DNA of 19,666 nucleotides from Labilithrix sp. (GTDB lineage Bacteria > Myxococcota_A > Polyangia > Polyangiales > Polyangiaceae): positions 1-19,666 of the forward strand of contig JBGAFW010000028.1 in assembly GCA_044227045.1 (NCBI GenBank), read 5' to 3'. The notes under the pieces are model-generated. The model was not told the DNA's origin. It saw nothing but the letters and a program-made list of their open reading frames with translations, and made no database searches. A program made the translations under genes and the position numbers. Positions 18,235 through 19,666 of this stretch are shown here, piece after piece. Numbering within the stretch: the stretch's first letter is position 1; each line of letters opens with the position of its first letter.

Positions 18235-19666
18235 ATGGGTCGGGCGGAGGCACTTCTCGGCACGAGTCTCGAGTCGCGATACCGACTCGATGCCGTCGTC
18301 ACCGAGTCGCCAGACCTCTTCGTCTTCTCCGGTGAGGACACGCAAGGAACGCCGAATGGCTCCTCGCTGCCGATCGTCATTCGCATGCCGCGAGCACCAC
18401 GCGGCATGTCGATCCAGGAGATCGACGAGGCCTACGCGAAGTTCGCGACCGAGGCGACGCAGCTCGCCGCGATCAGCCGCGCCTCGCCCCATGTCGAGCG
18501 GCTCCTCGCGTCGGGCGAGGTCGAGACGCCCGACCGCGAACGGCTCGCGTTCTGCGTGTTCGAGCGCACCGAGGGCTCCTCGCTCGCCGAGTCGTCACGT
18601 GATCGAGGTGCGACGTCGCTGCAGGCGGCGGTGAAGCTGCTCGATCCGATCGCGTCGGCGCTGGCGACCGCGCACGCGCAAGGCGTCTTTCACGGCGATG
18701 TCCGTCCGGAGAACATCGTCGTCGTCGGGGGTCTCGACGCCGAGCGCCCAGCGCTGAAGCTCCTTCGCTTCACGCTCGCGACGCGCCTCGCGACCGGCGC
18801 TCGCGCGTTCTCTCCGCAGTATGGCGCGCCCGAGCATTTCAAGAAATCGTTCGGCGAGAGCTCGCTGGGTCCGCCCGTCGACGTGTATGGCCTCGCGCTC
18901 TGCCTCATCGAGCTCGTCGTCGGTCAACCTGCGCTCACGGGGACCTCCACGACGGAGCTCTACAAGCAGACGACGGACATCACGCGCCGTCCCACGTTGC
19001 GCGCTCGCGGCGCCGAGGTCTCGGAGGCGATCGATCTCGTGGTCGCGCGCGCCCTCGCGGTGAATCCCAAGCTCCGCTGGCCCACAGCGAAGGACTTCTG
19101 GTCGGCGCTCACCGCGCTCACGGGCCTTGGCGCGCTGACGGAGCCGACCGCGATCCCGATCACGCCTCTTCCTCTTCCGATCGCGACCCCTGCCCCAGCC
19201 CCAGCCCTAGAGCCACTCCTGGACGAAGCCGCGAGCGCGCGCAGCTCTCGGCTCTCGATCACCACCGAGCCGACGCCCGCGATCCCGCCGCCTCCCGGAA
19301 GTCAGCCCAACGTCGTCGCGCCGCCGCCTCCGCCCACGCGCGTGCCGATGTCGCTCGCGCCCTCCTCGACGCCGGCGCCCTCGTCGTCGAAGCCAAAGCG
19401 ACTCGCGAAGGACGCGGCGCGGAGCCATGAGCCCGCGGTCCTTCGTCGTCTCGACGAGGGCGCGGCCGAGTCGCATCCTCCGCGTGGGACGCTCCGCGAT
19501 CCCCGCGCCCGTGCGATCGCGATCGCGGCCGCGAGCCTCGTCACGCTCGCGATCGGCGGGACGCTCATCGCCTCGGTGTTCCGCCGATCGACACCCGCCG
19601 AGCCCACCGCGACCTCCGCGGTAGCGACCTCCTCCACCGCGCCGCCCGTGCCGCTGACCGCATCAT
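18235..19666 (+). CDS. Membrane-anchored predicted pseudokinase: degenerate Hanks kinase fold, Pro-rich linker, TM helix; 3' end runs off the window
   Basis: This ORF is absent from the supplied track because it has no stop in the window. ATG 18235 is in the same frame as the histidine-kinase gene, 42 nt after its TGA, and is the only start codon in that interval; GGGGAG lies immediately upstream. The kinase-like fold is retained: RASPHVERLL, FCVFERTEGSSL, the APE-like YGAPEHF, and DVYGLALCLIELVVG. Catalytic residues are replaced. There is no GxGxxG (TESPDLFVFSGED). VAIK-Lys becomes Arg (PIVIRMP). HRDxK becomes HGDVR. DFG becomes RFT (LKLLRFTLA). A PxP-rich segment and the helix AIAIAAASLVTLAIGGTLIASVF follow. 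Confidence 0.8.
   Translation, partial: MGRAEALLGTSLESRYRLDAVVTESPDLFVFSGEDTQGTPNGSSLPIVIRMPRAPRGMSIQEIDEAYAKFATEATQLAAISRASPHVERLLASGEVETPDRERLAFCVFERTEGSSLAESSRDRGATSLQAAVKLLDPIASALATAHAQGVFHGDVRPENIVVVGGLDAERPALKLLRFTLATRLATGARAFSPQYGAPEHFKKSFGESSLGPPVDVYGLALCLIELVVGQPALTGTSTTELYKQTTDITRRPTLRARGAEVSEAIDLVVARALAVNPKLRWPTAKDFWSALTALTGLGALTEPTAIPITPLPLPIATPAPAPALEPLLDEAASARSSRLSITTEPTPAIPPPPGSQPNVVAPPPPPTRVPMSLAPSSTPAPSSSKPKRLAKDAARSHEPAVLRRLDEGAAESHPPRGTLRDPRARAIAIAAASLVTLAIGGTLIASVFRRSTPAEPTATSAVATSSTAPPVPLTAS

Overview
This 19.7-kb window is GC-rich (roughly 70% by eye) and codons end almost exclusively in G or C. The content looks like a chromosomal stretch from a myxobacterium of the Polyangiales/Sandaracinus type; the taxon is an inference from gene content and composition, not a database result. 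The window is gene-dense, with 15 protein-coding genes and no rRNA, tRNA, CRISPR or mobile-element signatures. (1) The window starts inside an active Hanks Ser/Thr kinase with a TM helix and a Gln/Pro-rich tail. Downstream, and tightly coupled, are a secreted PEGA/TPR-like membrane protein and a seven-blade RCC1-repeat lipoprotein. (2) Next come an M1 (HEXXH-18-E) metallopeptidase, probably a lipoprotein, and a His-rich CDF metal exporter. (3) A cytochrome P450 and a TetR regulator are transcribed divergently; their 111-bp intergenic region carries two related palindromic operator-like sites. (4) A hypothetical protein has a perfect 4 x 21-bp tandem repeat encoding (ELEEVHD)4. (5) A mechanosensitive channel gene, mscL, sits in an operon with a DUF481-type outer-membrane barrel. 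(6) Further genes are an AgmX/PglI-like lipoprotein and a 7-TM alkaline-ceramidase (CREST) homologue. (7) The right end holds a small cytoplasmic protein and a 1243-aa soluble hybrid histidine kinase (PAS-GAF-GAF-PAS-GAF-HisKA-HATPase-REC). Immediately after the kinase is a membrane-anchored predicted pseudokinase that runs off the window edge. This 3'-partial ORF is absent from the supplied ORF track. The most interesting hypotheses are the pairing of the hybrid histidine kinase with the pseudokinase, and the module of kinase, PEGA protein and RCC1 lipoprotein. Long antisense ORFs are abundant, as expected for high-GC DNA, and were rejected.
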